A DNA stretch of 64,000 bases from Chthonomonadales bacterium (GCA_049967475.1 JBMFSQ010000007.1:1-64000), one strand, 5' to 3'; positions 18,665 to 29,177 are shown, numbered from the stretch's first letter. The notes: generated by a model from the letters alone, not told the origin. Program-made: numbers and translations.

Positions 18665-20612
18665 GGATGCGTGGTGGGGTGGCGGGATCATGCCAGGGAG
18701 GTGCGTTCCCTTCGGCACCGCGGATCCATTCTGCTAGGGGCCTAACCGGAATGGGTGCGGCGCGCTCCGCCCCGGGTTGCAGGACGACGGCGATGCGCGT
18801 TCGGCCGGAAGCAGAGGGAAGGCGTATCATGAGGCGCACCACGCCTTCGTTTGGGCTCTGAGGCGGGGGAGCGTCGGCCGGTGCAACCGTAAAAAGGGCG
18901 CCCTGGGGGCTCAAGATGCGCGCTGCGAGCATCTTGCCCTGTTGGCGGAGGACGGCTTCGGCGCCGCGGAGGCTGATGGAGGCCGTCGTGTGCATCGTCC
19001 ATCCTATCTGCACCGCATCAGCGGCGTCTATTTCGTCCTCAATCAGCACCTCGTGCCGCTTCTTCAGGACCTGGATGCCGCGCCAAACGCGTGTGGCTTT
19101 GGGCACATAGCCCTCCGTGAGGTCCGCCACCGCCATACCCGATGATCGCGAAGTTCGGTATGCGATGATGGGGGCCACCGCCCGCACGTTCTGGTTCTGC
19201 TCGTCCAGGGTGAGGGTGTTATGACCCGGTGTGCTGAGGCGGTAGTAGGTCCATCGCTCTTTGGCGCTGAAGTATCCCGGCAGATTGTAGTTATCGCTAC
19301 CCAAGTCCAGCGCCCAGCGTTTGCCGAGGGCGTCCAGCACGAAGGTGCCCAGGTCCAGATGGGCGTGGTTGGCTTCATTGTCGCCACCCTTGAAGCCGAC
19401 GAAGAGGGCGTTGTTATCTTCCCATGCGGTGCGGAAGAAGGCCACATTTACGCCTTTGTAGAGGGCGTCCAGGGGAACGTGGGCGGCTGCCACGGACACG
19501 ACTGGTTTACGATACCACACAAGATCGAGGGCGGTGGGGTGGTTGCCTGCGGAAGCTGCCGCCTCCCAATGGTAGACGGGCTGGTGGAAACGTTCCCCGA
19601 GCCAATGCATCCAGGGATCACTACCGGCTCCGTCGTGGGCATCGGCGTAATTGAACGTGCGGCCCGTAGGACCTACGAAGTGGATGCGGAAGCCGCCGGT
19701 GCGGTCAAAGCCCTTCGCACGAGAGAGGCCGAAATCCGTACCCAAGGCCGTGTCCATCGCTGCCAGCAGGACCACAGTGTATTCCGTGGCATAGGACCAG
19801 TAGCCCGGGCCTTCGACCCAGCCTCCGTCAGGGGCATAAGAAGCTAAGGCTTTGGGGAGAGACGCGAGGGCATTTGTGAGGATGGTGCGGGCGAGGACAG
19901 GCTCGTCTTCAGCAACGGCCAAGGCGCCCACAATCATGCCTCCGTTACAGACCTGGTTCCAGTTGTGGGACACGGTGGTCCACCATTTCCATGGAGCCTT
20001 GCCTTCGTAGGCTTGCAGTCCGGGGCGCAGGCCTTTTTGCACGATCGCCTGGCGGATGACTTCACGCTCCTCCGCTGTAAGGGCGGGGTAGAGCCAATCA
20101 TAACCGATGGCTACGGCGTGCGTCATCTCGGCAGTGTCCAGGAAGTGGATTGGATGCCAGTCCTTGAAGCCGGCGGCTGCTTTGAGTTCCTGCTTGGCCC
20201 GTTCCAGCCATTGGGATCGGCCATCGAGGCGATAGAGCAACGCGAGTGTGTACACCCGTTCCAGACAGAGGCGGCTTTGGGTGAGGAGGCGCGGGCCTTC
20301 CAGCACGTACCGTACCGGGCGTTCGTGGAGGATGCGCTCCCCCCGGGTGCGGATGGCGCGGAGCATCTCGCGAGCTGCGTCGTCGGCGTTAATGGTACGT
20401 TGCAGGTTCTGTAGTCCCTCGTCGGTGAGGATGATGCGGGGATGCCCGGGGTGAAGGCGGCGAAGGGGGTCGCGAGGAACACGGGGAGCCTGGGCGGTAT
20501 GGAGCATGGGCGCCGTGTGGATGTGTGCCCGAGGAACGGCATGTGCCGCATCGAAGCCGCCGGCCGCGGCAACGGAAGCGATCGTTATAAGGAAGAACGC
20601 GTGTAGATGCAT
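18657..20612 (-). CDS. Heparinase II/III-like polysaccharide lyase (DUF4962-type N-terminus)
   Basis: HFLDTAEM, HNWNQVC, EGPGYWSY, HAHLDLGTF, HNTL motifs; signal peptide. Confidence 0.85.
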   Translation of the reverse strand: MHLHAFFLITIASVAAAGGFDAAHAVPRAHIHTAPMLHTAQAPRVPRDPLRRLHPGHPRIILTDEGLQNLQRTINADDAAREMLRAIRTRGERILHERPVRYVLEGPRLLTQSRLCLERVYTLALLYRLDGRSQWLERAKQELKAAAGFKDWHPIHFLDTAEMTHAVAIGYDWLYPALTAEEREVIRQAIVQKGLRPGLQAYEGKAPWKWWTTVSHNWNQVCNGGMIVGALAVAEDEPVLARTILTNALASLPKALASYAPDGGWVEGPGYWSYATEYTVVLLAAMDTALGTDFGLSRAKGFDRTGGFRIHFVGPTGRTFNYADAHDGAGSDPWMHWLGERFHQPVYHWEAAASAGNHPTALDLVWYRKPVVSVAAAHVPLDALYKGVNVAFFRTAWEDNNALFVGFKGGDNEANHAHLDLGTFVLDALGKRWALDLGSDNYNLPGYFSAKERWTYYRLSTPGHNTLTLDEQNQNVRAVAPIIAYRTSRSSGMAVADLTEGYVPKATRVWRGIQVLKKRHEVLIEDEIDAADAVQIGWTMHTTASISLRGAEAVLRQQGKMLAARILSPQGALFTVAPADAPPPQSPNEGVVRLMIRLPSASGRTRIAVVLQPGAERAAPIPVRPLAEWIRGAEGNAPPWHDPATPPRIHD

Positions 20613-20657
20613 GGCAGGGTGTCCGTACGTCCGGGAGTGCGGCGCGGGCTTTCGAGC

Positions 20658-21035
20658 CTAATGAGGCTCGGGTTGGGCCTCTTTTTCGCGTTCGAGATGC
20701 ACCTTTGCGGCTGCGCCTACGCGAACGGCCAGGATTTCGGCATCCTTCACGGCGGAGCCGGCGACTTCGCCATGCTGCGGCTCGCCGTTGGCTCCTGGCC
20801 ATGCAAGGTTCACCCGGTCATTCTTGGCGTGGGCCAGGAACGACACCACCTGGTGGCAGACGTCCCGTGCGGCCGAAGGCGAGGTCACTGCGATGCCGAT
20901 GCGATGGAGGCCGTCGGGTTCCGATGGAACGATGGATGGGTCTGTCACTTGCCCGCGGATGCGGTGGAGGGTGCGGTTGAGAAACTCATCCCGATCGTGT
21001 TCCGTGGCGAAACCCAGGGTGATGACGAATGGCAT
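20658..21035 (-). CDS. Hypothetical protein (125 aa)
   Basis: GAGGAGG RBS before ATG 21035; fills the gap between co-oriented genes; no motif recognised. Confidence 0.6.
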   Translation of the reverse strand: MPFVITLGFATEHDRDEFLNRTLHRIRGQVTDPSIVPSEPDGLHRIGIAVTSPSAARDVCHQVVSFLAHAKNDRVNLAWPGANGEPQHGEVAGSAVKDAEILAVRVGAAAKVHLEREKEAQPEPH

Positions 21036-21196
21036 GGCGCCTACCTCCTCGTGTTCCGCAGGTGCGGATGCGTCGCTGCGGCACATAATTCATTTCGCCA
21101 CGGAGGATGCAGACACCTGCCGGTGGGACCGCGAGGGCGGCTGAGAAAGGCACTTTCGCCACGTTGAAGGGGTTTTTCTGCTGCGGGATGCGCGCT

Positions 21197-21496
21197 TCAA
21201 CCTCCCGCGATGGAGGCGAGGATGGTGAAGGGCTCGATGCCGGATGCTACTTCTGCCGGAAGCACTGCGTCGGGGTCTGCATGGGAGAAATCCTGAAGGC
21301 ATGCGTAGAAGCGCAGATAGGGCCGTCGGTGGCCGGTCTGGGGATCGCGGATGGTGCCCTTGAGGGCAGGATAGCGGGCCTCAAGGGCATCCAGGATCGC
21401 GCGCGGCGTAACAACACCCGGAACCTCCACTTGCACTTCGGATGCGACGCTTGCGAGCATCTGCAAAGGATAGGGGAGCGCCACACGGACCATCAT
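21197..21496 (-). CDS. MoaD/ThiS-family ubiquitin-like protein
   Basis: Beta-grasp pattern (VRVALP..L, LEARYPALKG, RPYLRFY) ending in C-terminal IAGG. Confidence 0.85.
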   Translation of the reverse strand: MMVRVALPYPLQMLASVASEVQVEVPGVVTPRAILDALEARYPALKGTIRDPQTGHRRPYLRFYACLQDFSHADPDAVLPAEVASGIEPFTILASIAGG

Positions 21497-21509
21497 AGGG
21501 GCTGTTTCG

Positions 21510-22697
21510 TCAATCGAGTGTTTGAGCTTCTACTGAGAGCACGGCGGGGAGATTGCGGGCGATGGCGTTCCATGTGTCCCCTTCGTCTGATGAAGCGTAG
21601 ACTTGCCCTCCCGTGGTTCCAAAATAGACGCCGCAGGGATCCAGTTGATCCACGGCCAGGGCGTCGCGGAGCACGTTCACGTAGCAGTCGCTTTGAGGCA
21701 GGCCTTTGGAGAGCGGCTCCCAATCCCCTCCCCCTGTGCGGCTACGGTACACTCTCAATCTGCCCTCCGGTGGGAAGCGCTCGGCGTCACTCTTGATGGG
21801 GATTACGTATACGGTGTCCGGTTGATGCGCGTGCACCTCGATGGCGAAGCCGAAATCGCTAGGCAGATTGCCGCTGATTTCATACCAGGTGTCCCCGGCG
21901 TTATCGCTGCGCATCACGTCCCAGTGTTTCTGCATGAAGAGGACTTCGGGTCGGGAAGGGTGCATGGCGATGCGGTGAATGCAATGGCCCACTTCCGCCT
22001 CCGGATTGGGGATATAGAGAGAGCGAAGTCCGCGGTTGACGGCGCGCCATGTGCTTCCGCCGTCGTCGGTGCGGAAGGTGCCTGCTGCGGAGATGGCGAC
22101 GACCATGCGGTCCTCGTTGGAGGGGTCCACAAGGATCGTGTGGAGGCCCATCCCTCCGGCTCCCGGGGCCCATTGGGATCCGCTTCCGTGGCCGCGCAGT
22201 CCGGCGAGTTCGTGCCAGGTTGCTCCGCCATCTTTGCTGCGGAAGAGGGCCGCATCTTCTACGCCGGCAAAGACGGTGTCCGGATCGGACGGGGAAGGTT
22301 CCAGGTGCCATACGCGCTTGAATTCCCACGGGTGTTGCGAGCCATCGAACCACTGGTGGGTGGTGAGCGGTTTCCCGGTTTGGGGGGATGTGTCGTACAG
22401 GAAGACATTGTTCTGGGCTATGGGCATGCCGTCCGGGGTTGCAGCGGGTTCGCCGGGCTTGGTTCCGGGCCGGTACCAACTATCGCCGCCATCATCGGAC
22501 CTTTGGATGACCTGCCCGAACCATGGGCTTGTTTGCGATGCATAGATGCGACTGGGGTCTACCGGTGATCCCTTCACGTGGAAGATCTCCCATCCGGCGA
22601 AGATGGGGCCTTGCAGGTTCCATTCTTGGCGTTTTCCATCCGAAGTGAGGATGAAAGCCCCCTTGCGGGTACCCACGAGCAAGCGGATGCGGCTCAT
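21510..22697 (-). CDS. BNR/Asp-box beta-propeller protein (sialidase-like fold)
   Basis: Six Asp-box-like repeats ([54 protein letters not shown]); LLVGTRKG start; GGAGG RBS. Confidence 0.85.
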   Translation of the reverse strand: MSRIRLLVGTRKGAFILTSDGKRQEWNLQGPIFAGWEIFHVKGSPVDPSRIYASQTSPWFGQVIQRSDDGGDSWYRPGTKPGEPAATPDGMPIAQNNVFLYDTSPQTGKPLTTHQWFDGSQHPWEFKRVWHLEPSPSDPDTVFAGVEDAALFRSKDGGATWHELAGLRGHGSGSQWAPGAGGMGLHTILVDPSNEDRMVVAISAAGTFRTDDGGSTWRAVNRGLRSLYIPNPEAEVGHCIHRIAMHPSRPEVLFMQKHWDVMRSDNAGDTWYEISGNLPSDFGFAIEVHAHQPDTVYVIPIKSDAERFPPEGRLRVYRSRTGGGDWEPLSKGLPQSDCYVNVLRDALAVDQLDPCGVYFGTTGGQVYASSDEGDTWNAIARNLPAVLSVEAQTLD

Positions 22698-22871
22698 GCG
22701 ATCCTCCGATCTGTTGAGGCCCAACCCCGAATTTGCACGGCGCGGGCGTGAGCCGTTCGTTCCGGCGGTGATGGTGACGAGTATACCCGGGTGGAGGAGA
22801 ATAAGAAGCTCTAAGTTGGAGAATTCCGTCCAAGAGTTCCATCGGGCCCGCAAGTGCCCGAGCGGTGGAGG

Positions 22872-24896
22872 CTACAGGGCGAAGACAAGCTTGAGGGTGA
22901 GGCGGCGGGTGAAGCGCGCGGCGTTGGGATCGCCGATCATCACGTAGACTTCGGTACCCAGTCCTCCTGCACTTCGGTAGGAAAGGTACCAGTTGGTGTT
23001 GGCCTGCTGCGTCACGACGCGGCCGCTGAAGGATCGGGTAGGCGACAGCTCATAATTGAGGGTAACGATATGTTGTTGGCGCCCGCCTTCAAAGCTCTCG
23101 AAGGCGCCGGAATACCCCAGGTCAAGCTTGCGCAGGATGCGGAAGGAGGCGCCCGGTCCTACAAAGGTGTAGGGCTCGTCGGCGCGTTTGCCGGTGTCGA
23201 AGCCGATGCCCCATTGACGGAAGCGGTTGGACACTCCAGAGCGGATGCCTAATCCCCAGGAAGCATCGGTTTGGCCGTCAAACTTGTCGTGCCCCCAGTG
23301 TACGTTGAAAGCCCAGTCGGAGCGCGTCTCCACCCCGAAGTTGATGCTCCCGCCGCGGCGGAAGGGGCGTCCATTGGTGTGCCATTCGTAGTGGGGGTCT
23401 AGGAAGAGGTGAAACGCCCTCCAGTAGCCTTTGCGCCACTCATTGCCCCACTCGTGGAAGAGCTGAAGGCCGCGGCGATCGGTGAAGAAGATGAGCCCAT
23501 CGCTGTCTACAAAGTCCGGGGACACATGCACGTAGGAGAGAGCCGTAAAGCCGCGCACGTCTTCGTAGGACCAGGTGACCATCTGGGCGCTTCCTCCGGC
23601 ACCAGGTCCTGCAGAGCCGGCGAGGAGGGAGCCGATGGAGAACTTGCCCCACCGGATGTTGTGATTGAGGACGCCCACGGAGTTGTGGTTGTCGAAGGAG
23701 CTTTTCTGGATGAGGAACGCCGAAGCGGAAGAAGTAGCGGTGAAGTCGTGGCGGAGCTTGAGGACAAGGTCGTTGCGCCGGCCGATGCGCATGGCGTCCA
23801 GAATGCCCAGGGTGTCCTTGGGGGTGATTTTGCCGTATACCTTGGCGCCTACGTCGAAGGTCACGATGCGCCGGGAATAGAAGAGCGGACCCAGTTCGTA
23901 TTCCTGTCCCATGGACACGTAGTCTCTCCCTTCGAGGAAGAAAGGCCTGCGTTCCGGCACGAAGCGTTCGCTTCGGGAGAAGGCGATGCCCTCCACTGCT
24001 CCCTCGACCGTGGCGAAGTCGGGGTTGACGGATCCTACCATCGTAAGTTCGGGTGTTGCGGGGTAGCGGGCATCCAGTCCGAAGCGCGTGCCCAACCTGC
24101 CGTCTTGTTCGGTGGAGAGCAGATAGGGAAGCAGGGAGAGGACGGGACGGAAGGCAGAGGCCGGTACGATGACGCCGGTCCAAAGGCCTTCATACTCGAG
24201 GAAATCCTGCGGCCCTGTGTCACTCCAGCAGGTTTCGGTCTTGGTGTGTTCCTGGTACCGACAGAAGTTGATGCCGAAGGAGGCGGCCTCGCGGCTGGGC
24301 GGGTAGTTGAGGATCTCCCAGGGAATGCGCATCTCGGCTGTCCACCCGAAAGGGGTGCGCCGCGCCGCGCCCTCCCATTGGCCCTTCCATTCCGCTTTGC
24401 CTGCCCGGCCGCCGCCCAGCCGGGCGGAAGGCGTGCCGATTGCGTTTACTGAGAAGCGCGTCAGGTCGTCCCACCGGTGGGAATTGAAGAAGTCGAAGAC
24501 GACCTCCACGGAATCCTCGCTGGGTCCGCGCCAGTTTGTGTAGCGGCTATCGCGGATGGTTTCCCGGGCGACGACGGCATTGGGTTGACTGTCGGTGCAT
24601 CGGAAGGCCACGTAGATGGCCTTGTCATCATAGCAAATGTAGGCTGTGGTTTGATCTGCAGCGAGAGTACTGCGCTGGCGATCTATGAACGTGTGCGCTT
24701 TGGCGGCTTCCGCCCAGGCAGCATCGGAGAGGTCTCCGTCTATGACGGGCGGATTGGTGATGCGCACGGCAGGGATGCGCCGGTTGCGGTACTCCTGCAT
24801 ATTGGGCTTATTGGGTGTTCCGGCGCGGGCCCATGCGCCTGGGTTCCCAGCCAGGATTGTTGCCGTCATGCAGGCGAGGAGAGATTTGCTCATCAA
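22872..24896 (-). CDS. CBM9-like / DUF5916 exported protein, probable C-terminal beta-barrel
   Basis: PVIDGDLSDAAW, YDDKAIYVAF, WTAEMRIPW, NPDF, PERRPFFLEG, LFYSRRI. Confidence 0.75.
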   Translation of the reverse strand: MMSKSLLACMTATILAGNPGAWARAGTPNKPNMQEYRNRRIPAVRITNPPVIDGDLSDAAWAEAAKAHTFIDRQRSTLAADQTTAYICYDDKAIYVAFRCTDSQPNAVVARETIRDSRYTNWRGPSEDSVEVVFDFFNSHRWDDLTRFSVNAIGTPSARLGGGRAGKAEWKGQWEGAARRTPFGWTAEMRIPWEILNYPPSREAASFGINFCRYQEHTKTETCWSDTGPQDFLEYEGLWTGVIVPASAFRPVLSLLPYLLSTEQDGRLGTRFGLDARYPATPELTMVGSVNPDFATVEGAVEGIAFSRSERFVPERRPFFLEGRDYVSMGQEYELGPLFYSRRIVTFDVGAKVYGKITPKDTLGILDAMRIGRRNDLVLKLRHDFTATSSASAFLIQKSSFDNHNSVGVLNHNIRWGKFSIGSLLAGSAGPGAGGSAQMVTWSYEDVRGFTALSYVHVSPDFVDSDGLIFFTDRRGLQLFHEWGNEWRKGYWRAFHLFLDPHYEWHTNGRPFRRGGSINFGVETRSDWAFNVHWGHDKFDGQTDASWGLGIRSGVSNRFRQWGIGFDTGKRADEPYTFVGPGASFRILRKLDLGYSGAFESFEGGRQQHIVTLNYELSPTRSFSGRVVTQQANTNWYLSYRSAGGLGTEVYVMIGDPNAARFTRRLTLKLVFAL

Positions 24897-25051
24897 GCTT
24901 GGTGGTTCTGCGTATGTGCGCCGTGCGGGTACGGATCTGGAGCACAGTGAGAGGGTATTTCCTTGGCGCGGGCACGTAGGATGAAGAAAAAGGCTTTACC
25001 CGTCTGCCTGCTCATCAGCCATTCTACCCCACCGAGCGAGGGATCCTGCGC

Positions 25052-25996
25052 TTATGGGGGAACGTTTTGCCCGCCCGGCGCCATGGGTCCTATATACTGT
25101 GTGGCCACGACGATATCGTCGAACCAAGCGGTCTGCTCATCCTTCCAGTAGGCGCGTGTGGGATCGCTATCATCGTAGCCATAGTGCTGGAGCCACAAGC
25201 AGTTGATCCTGGTGTCGGTGCGGGTGCGCCACCGGATACCGGGGAATTCAGCGACAAGCTTCCCGTCCACCCACATGGCCTGCCGCCCGTTCGCCTTGTC
25301 GGGTGAGGAGTTGGCCTGCACCATGAATTCCCAGCACTGCCACTTGTCGAGGGGCGGGATCAGGCGGCGTGGTCCTGCGGCTTGACCTTTGCCCGGACCC
25401 GGCGGAAAGAACTGATTGCCCCAGTACTTGTTCATCTTGGGGTCTATCTCCATGTCCGGATAGTAGCTGTAGAAGCTCACTTCGCCGGGTGATGGGTTCC
25501 TGCCCCAGGCGAACCAGGGTTCCATCCCGGTGGAGAAATAGCTGCCGTCAGGCTTGAGACCGGCCTTACCGAAGGGGCGCCAGCGATCGTCGGGCGGGCT
25601 CGCCATGAGCGTTACGAAGTGGTGGGCATACCGGTAGTTGGACGAGAAGCGCACGTAGAAGCGCACGAACACGGTGTCTTTCCCCGGCAGGAACCAGTTG
25701 ATTAGGCTGCCGCCCGTGTTCTGACCTTGCTGCATGGGGATCGCCAAACAACCGGAGCCGGCGTGAGGACGGAGCGATGTGAGGGCGGCAGTGCCGTTCA
25801 CTTCGTCCCATCGGCGTAGGTTTTGGCTCTCGAAGTCTTCGTGAAAGAGGACGGCGGGATGGCGTTCGATGCCCCGATCGCCCGGATACTGCGCCGCGAT
25901 GCCGGGTGCCTGAGGGGTGGCTGACGACGACGCATCGCCGATGACGAGCAAGGCGCACGCTGCGCCCGAGAGGGCGGCTACGAGGCGGCAGACCAT
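25052..25996 (-). CDS. Secreted polysaccharide-lyase-like / ConA-fold hypothetical protein
   Basis: Signal peptide, LFHEDFES, FVRFYVRF, WQCWEF, MWVDG, WFDDIVVATQYIGP; AAGGAGG RBS. Confidence 0.55.
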   Translation of the reverse strand: MVCRLVAALSGAACALLVIGDASSSATPQAPGIAAQYPGDRGIERHPAVLFHEDFESQNLRRWDEVNGTAALTSLRPHAGSGCLAIPMQQGQNTGGSLINWFLPGKDTVFVRFYVRFSSNYRYAHHFVTLMASPPDDRWRPFGKAGLKPDGSYFSTGMEPWFAWGRNPSPGEVSFYSYYPDMEIDPKMNKYWGNQFFPPGPGKGQAAGPRRLIPPLDKWQCWEFMVQANSSPDKANGRQAMWVDGKLVAEFPGIRWRTRTDTRINCLWLQHYGYDDSDPTRAYWKDEQTAWFDDIVVATQYIGPMAPGGQNVPP

Positions 25997-26067
25997 AGGC
26001 AACCTCCTTATGCAGATGCGCCCCCAGGCACCAGTCCCGGGGGCGCAAAGGAAAGGGACCTGCTCCG

Positions 26068-26964
26068 CTAATGGTACTTCTTGAAGACGTTCTCCAGGGA
26101 CGCCGGCGTGTCTTGCGGGAAGCGCCGCTTGAGTGCGGCCTGTTCGTCCAGCATTGAATGCTTGTTCTCGTGCTTGTAGATCACGCCGATGGGGAAACCG
26201 TCTGTTCTGAGCGCCAGTTCGAATGCCCGCACCCGGTCGGTGGGATCGTGGTCCTCGGGCACGTCGTAGGTGTGGTCCTTATAGTAATCGTCGGTCTGGT
26301 CCTGGTTAAAGGTAGGGCAGGGCGAGAAGGTGTCAATGAGCGCGAAGCCCTTGTGGTGGATGGCCTGGACCAGGATGTCGGTGAGTTGATTGGGCTTGTA
26401 CGAGAAGCCCCTGGCTACGAAGGACACGTCGTAGGCGATGGCCATGGCGATGGGGTTGAGGGGTTCTTCGAACATGCCGTAAGGGGTCGTCTTCCATCGC
26501 TTGGGGTCGAGTTTGGCCTGAACGGAGGCCAGCGGGACCATAGACGTGGGGGACACCTGGCCTTTGGTGAGGCCGTAGGTGTTGTTGTTCATGATGAGGT
26601 AGGTGATGTCGGGGTTGCGGCGTGCGGCGTGGGGAAGGTGGCCGCCGCCGATGGAGTAGCCGTCACCGTCGCCGCCTACAGCGATCACGGTGAGTTCCGG
26701 GCGGGCTACTTTGATGCCCGTTGCCACAGGGAGGACGCGGCCATGAACGCCGTGGAAGCCGTAGGTTGCCACGAACCCGGGGAGCCGCGATGAGCAGCCG
26801 ATGCCGGACACGATTACCGTGTTATCCGGATCCAGATTGCAGACACTCATCGCCTTGTAAAGGGCGTTGAGCACTCCGAAGTCCCCGCACCCAGGGCACC
26901 AGATGGGCTTGAGGCTGCTTTTGTAGTCCTTGGGTGCATGTTGAACGATATTGGAAACGGCCAT
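26068..26964 (-). CDS. korB: 2-oxoacid:ferredoxin oxidoreductase beta subunit
   Basis: WCPGCGD, SGIGCSS, HGR, GGDGDG TPP motif, NNNTYGLTKGQ. Confidence 0.95.
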   Translation of the reverse strand: MAVSNIVQHAPKDYKSSLKPIWCPGCGDFGVLNALYKAMSVCNLDPDNTVIVSGIGCSSRLPGFVATYGFHGVHGRVLPVATGIKVARPELTVIAVGGDGDGYSIGGGHLPHAARRNPDITYLIMNNNTYGLTKGQVSPTSMVPLASVQAKLDPKRWKTTPYGMFEEPLNPIAMAIAYDVSFVARGFSYKPNQLTDILVQAIHHKGFALIDTFSPCPTFNQDQTDDYYKDHTYDVPEDHDPTDRVRAFELALRTDGFPIGVIYKHENKHSMLDEQAALKRRFPQDTPASLENVFKKYH

Positions 26965-26973
26965 TGTTTTCTC

Positions 26974-28767
26974 CTAATGGGCGGCCAGTGCAATGATCTG
27001 TTGGTAGATTTCGTTGGGAATGAACGGGATGCCCTCATCCTTGTGGAACTTATGCAACTTGAGGGACGTGTTCACCCTCAGCCAGTTGGCGAGCTGGCCA
27101 CTCCAGTTGAGTTCAGGAACCAGGATCTTGCGGCACCGGGCTCCGAACTCTTCGATGATCTCTACCGGCAGGGGATTGAGCATCTTAAGATGCAGGTGGG
27201 CTACGCGGAAGCCTTCGGCCCGGGCGCGTTCCGTTGCTTCCCGGATCACGCCTTCTGTAGCACCGAAAGCAATGATGCCCACTTCAGCCTCGCCGGGCTC
27301 ACCCCAAAAGTGCACAAAGTCGCGCCCCCGCTCCCGGTTGCACGTGTCCAGCTTGCGGAAGCGTTTGGCCTTCATTTTGGCGGCAAGTTGGGGCGTGTAC
27401 CCGGGGTTCCCTTCTTCGTCATGCTCAATGCCCGTGGTGGTATAGGCGCCCTTCTCCATTCCGGGGATGGCCATGGGCGACACGCCGGTTTCCGTGTCCC
27501 GATAGCGCAGGTATCCGTCTTGGCGCTCTTCCAGCGTGGGCATGAGGCGGTTGACGGTTTTGACTTTGGTGAGGTCTGGTGGGGGCACGGTGCAGATGCG
27601 GGTGCCCAGGGCTTGCTCTGAAAGAACAATGACGGGGCATTGGTAAGCCTCGGCCAGGTTGAAGGCTTCCACGATCGTCCAGAAGGCGTCTTCAATGCTC
27701 GTTGGGGCGATGACGATGCGGGGAGACTCGTTATGGACACCGTAGAGGGCGATGTTGAGATCTCCCTGGCTCGTTTTGGTGGGGAGGCCCGTGGATGCGC
27801 CTCCTCGCTGGACGTCCACGATGACGACAGGGATTTCCGCTTGACCGGCAAGGTTGATCTGCTCCACCATAAGGCTCAAGCCGGGGCCGGAGGTGGCCGT
27901 CATGGCTTTCTTGCCGGCGTAGCCCGCTCCAATGGCCATACCGAGGGCGGCGATTTCATCTTCGGCCTGGATCACATCGCCTCCGAAGGCCGGAAGCTCC
28001 TTAGCGAGGAACTCCATGATCTCCGTAGCGGGTGTGATGGGATACCCTGCGTAGAAGCGCATGCCCGCTGCGATAGCCCCCATGGCCAGCATCTGGTTGC
28101 CGTTCACGCGCAACACGGGCGACGGCCGCTCGACGGGATACACGTGGGGTGTGCGCTTGCCCTCCATCTGTTCCGCGATGCACTGCGCGCCTGTATGCAG
28201 GGCGCTTATGTTCATGCGGACGATGGCATCCCCTTTTCGGCCGAAGAGATCTTGGATGTATTGTTCGGCCGGGAGGAGCGGCGCATCCACCAACCGGAGC
28301 AGGGCGCCCAGCCCCACGATGTTGACGGGAGCAGGTAGGCGCTTGAGCGCTTCGCCTTCTATTTCATGGCGCACGTTTTCTTTTTCGCGGCGCGCCAGGG
28401 TGGTTATAGGGAGTGCGTAATCTGTGCGCGATGGGTCGGGAGTGGGCGTGAAGACGTCGGAGTTGTACACGAGAATGCCGCCCTCGCGCAGACCGTCGCC
28501 GAAGAGGCCGAAGCCTTCGGAATTGAGCGCCACCAGCACGTCGGCTGCATCCCCGTGGGAGAGCACGATGCCGGAGCGCGCTCGAACTTGGTACATTACG
28601 GTACCGCCTTTGATTTCGGCGGGGAATGTTTGGAATGTGTAGATGTCCAGTCCCATGGCGGTGAACATCTGCACAAGGAGATCGCCAAGGCTGACGGTTC
28701 CTTCGCCCGACTCGCCAACGAGCCGGATGACGACATCGGTTGTAGACGTCGCTGTCTGCGGGTTCAT
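26974..28767 (-). CDS. korA: 2-oxoacid:ferredoxin oxidoreductase alpha subunit (gamma-alpha fusion)
   Basis: GESGEG, FPAEIKGG, AGYPITPATE, QAEDEIAA, TATSGPG, QRGGASTGLPT. Confidence 0.95.
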   Translation of the reverse strand: MNPQTATSTTDVVIRLVGESGEGTVSLGDLLVQMFTAMGLDIYTFQTFPAEIKGGTVMYQVRARSGIVLSHGDAADVLVALNSEGFGLFGDGLREGGILVYNSDVFTPTPDPSRTDYALPITTLARREKENVRHEIEGEALKRLPAPVNIVGLGALLRLVDAPLLPAEQYIQDLFGRKGDAIVRMNISALHTGAQCIAEQMEGKRTPHVYPVERPSPVLRVNGNQMLAMGAIAAGMRFYAGYPITPATEIMEFLAKELPAFGGDVIQAEDEIAALGMAIGAGYAGKKAMTATSGPGLSLMVEQINLAGQAEIPVVIVDVQRGGASTGLPTKTSQGDLNIALYGVHNESPRIVIAPTSIEDAFWTIVEAFNLAEAYQCPVIVLSEQALGTRICTVPPPDLTKVKTVNRLMPTLEERQDGYLRYRDTETGVSPMAIPGMEKGAYTTTGIEHDEEGNPGYTPQLAAKMKAKRFRKLDTCNRERGRDFVHFWGEPGEAEVGIIAFGATEGVIREATERARAEGFRVAHLHLKMLNPLPVEIIEEFGARCRKILVPELNWSGQLANWLRVNTSLKLHKFHKDEGIPFIPNEIYQQIIALAAH

Positions 28768-28961
28768 CCTATGGCCCTCCAGGCAGGTATTTGCAACATG
28801 GTGGTTCCCTTCTGCCAGGACGCCGCCCCACACAAAGATCGGGCAGCGTGGAGGCGTACGTAGTCACAGTATCATAGTATACCTGAAGGAAGGTGGCCGA
28901 AGCCGGGTGTCGCGAGCTAACGTTCCGCAGACAGGGGGTGCAGGAAGCGGGAGAGGTGTTC

Positions 28962-29034
28962 TGGGCCCGGTAGGATTCGAACCTACGATCCGTCAGTTAT
29001 GAGCCGACTGCCTTAACCGCTAGGCTACGGGCCC
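28962..29034 (-). tRNA. tRNA with CAT anticodon, probably tRNA-Ile2 (lysidine)
   Basis: GGGCCCG/CGGGCCC acceptor stem, GTCGG-CTCATAA-CTGAC anticodon arm, GTTCGAATC T-loop. C4:G69 and C5:G68 favour Ile2; lacks initiator features; CCA not encoded. Confidence 0.92.
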
Positions 29035-29054
29035 GGACGCGCGTCTGGCAATCT

Positions 29055-29084
29055 ATTTTACCAGAAGCCGCTGCCTGCCGGCAA
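29055..29084 (-). promoter_or_regulatory. Sigma70-type promoter for the tRNA
   Basis: TTGCCG-N18-TAAAAT with an extended TG. Confidence 0.55.
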
Positions 29085-29177
29085 AGGTGCTCCGAGGAAG
29101 GCGGCGCATGAAGGACGGCGGGTGTACAATGAAGGCAACAATGGGCGGCGAACGAAACTCCCGGGAGGTGTAGCGGC

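Noticed and set aside
26018..26047. Hairpin downstream of korB as an intrinsic terminator
   Set aside because: A 9-bp stem is present but has no U-tract on the coding strand; too weak to call
28900..29034. tRNA as an integration site
   Set aside because: No integrase and no duplicated tRNA 3' end in the window
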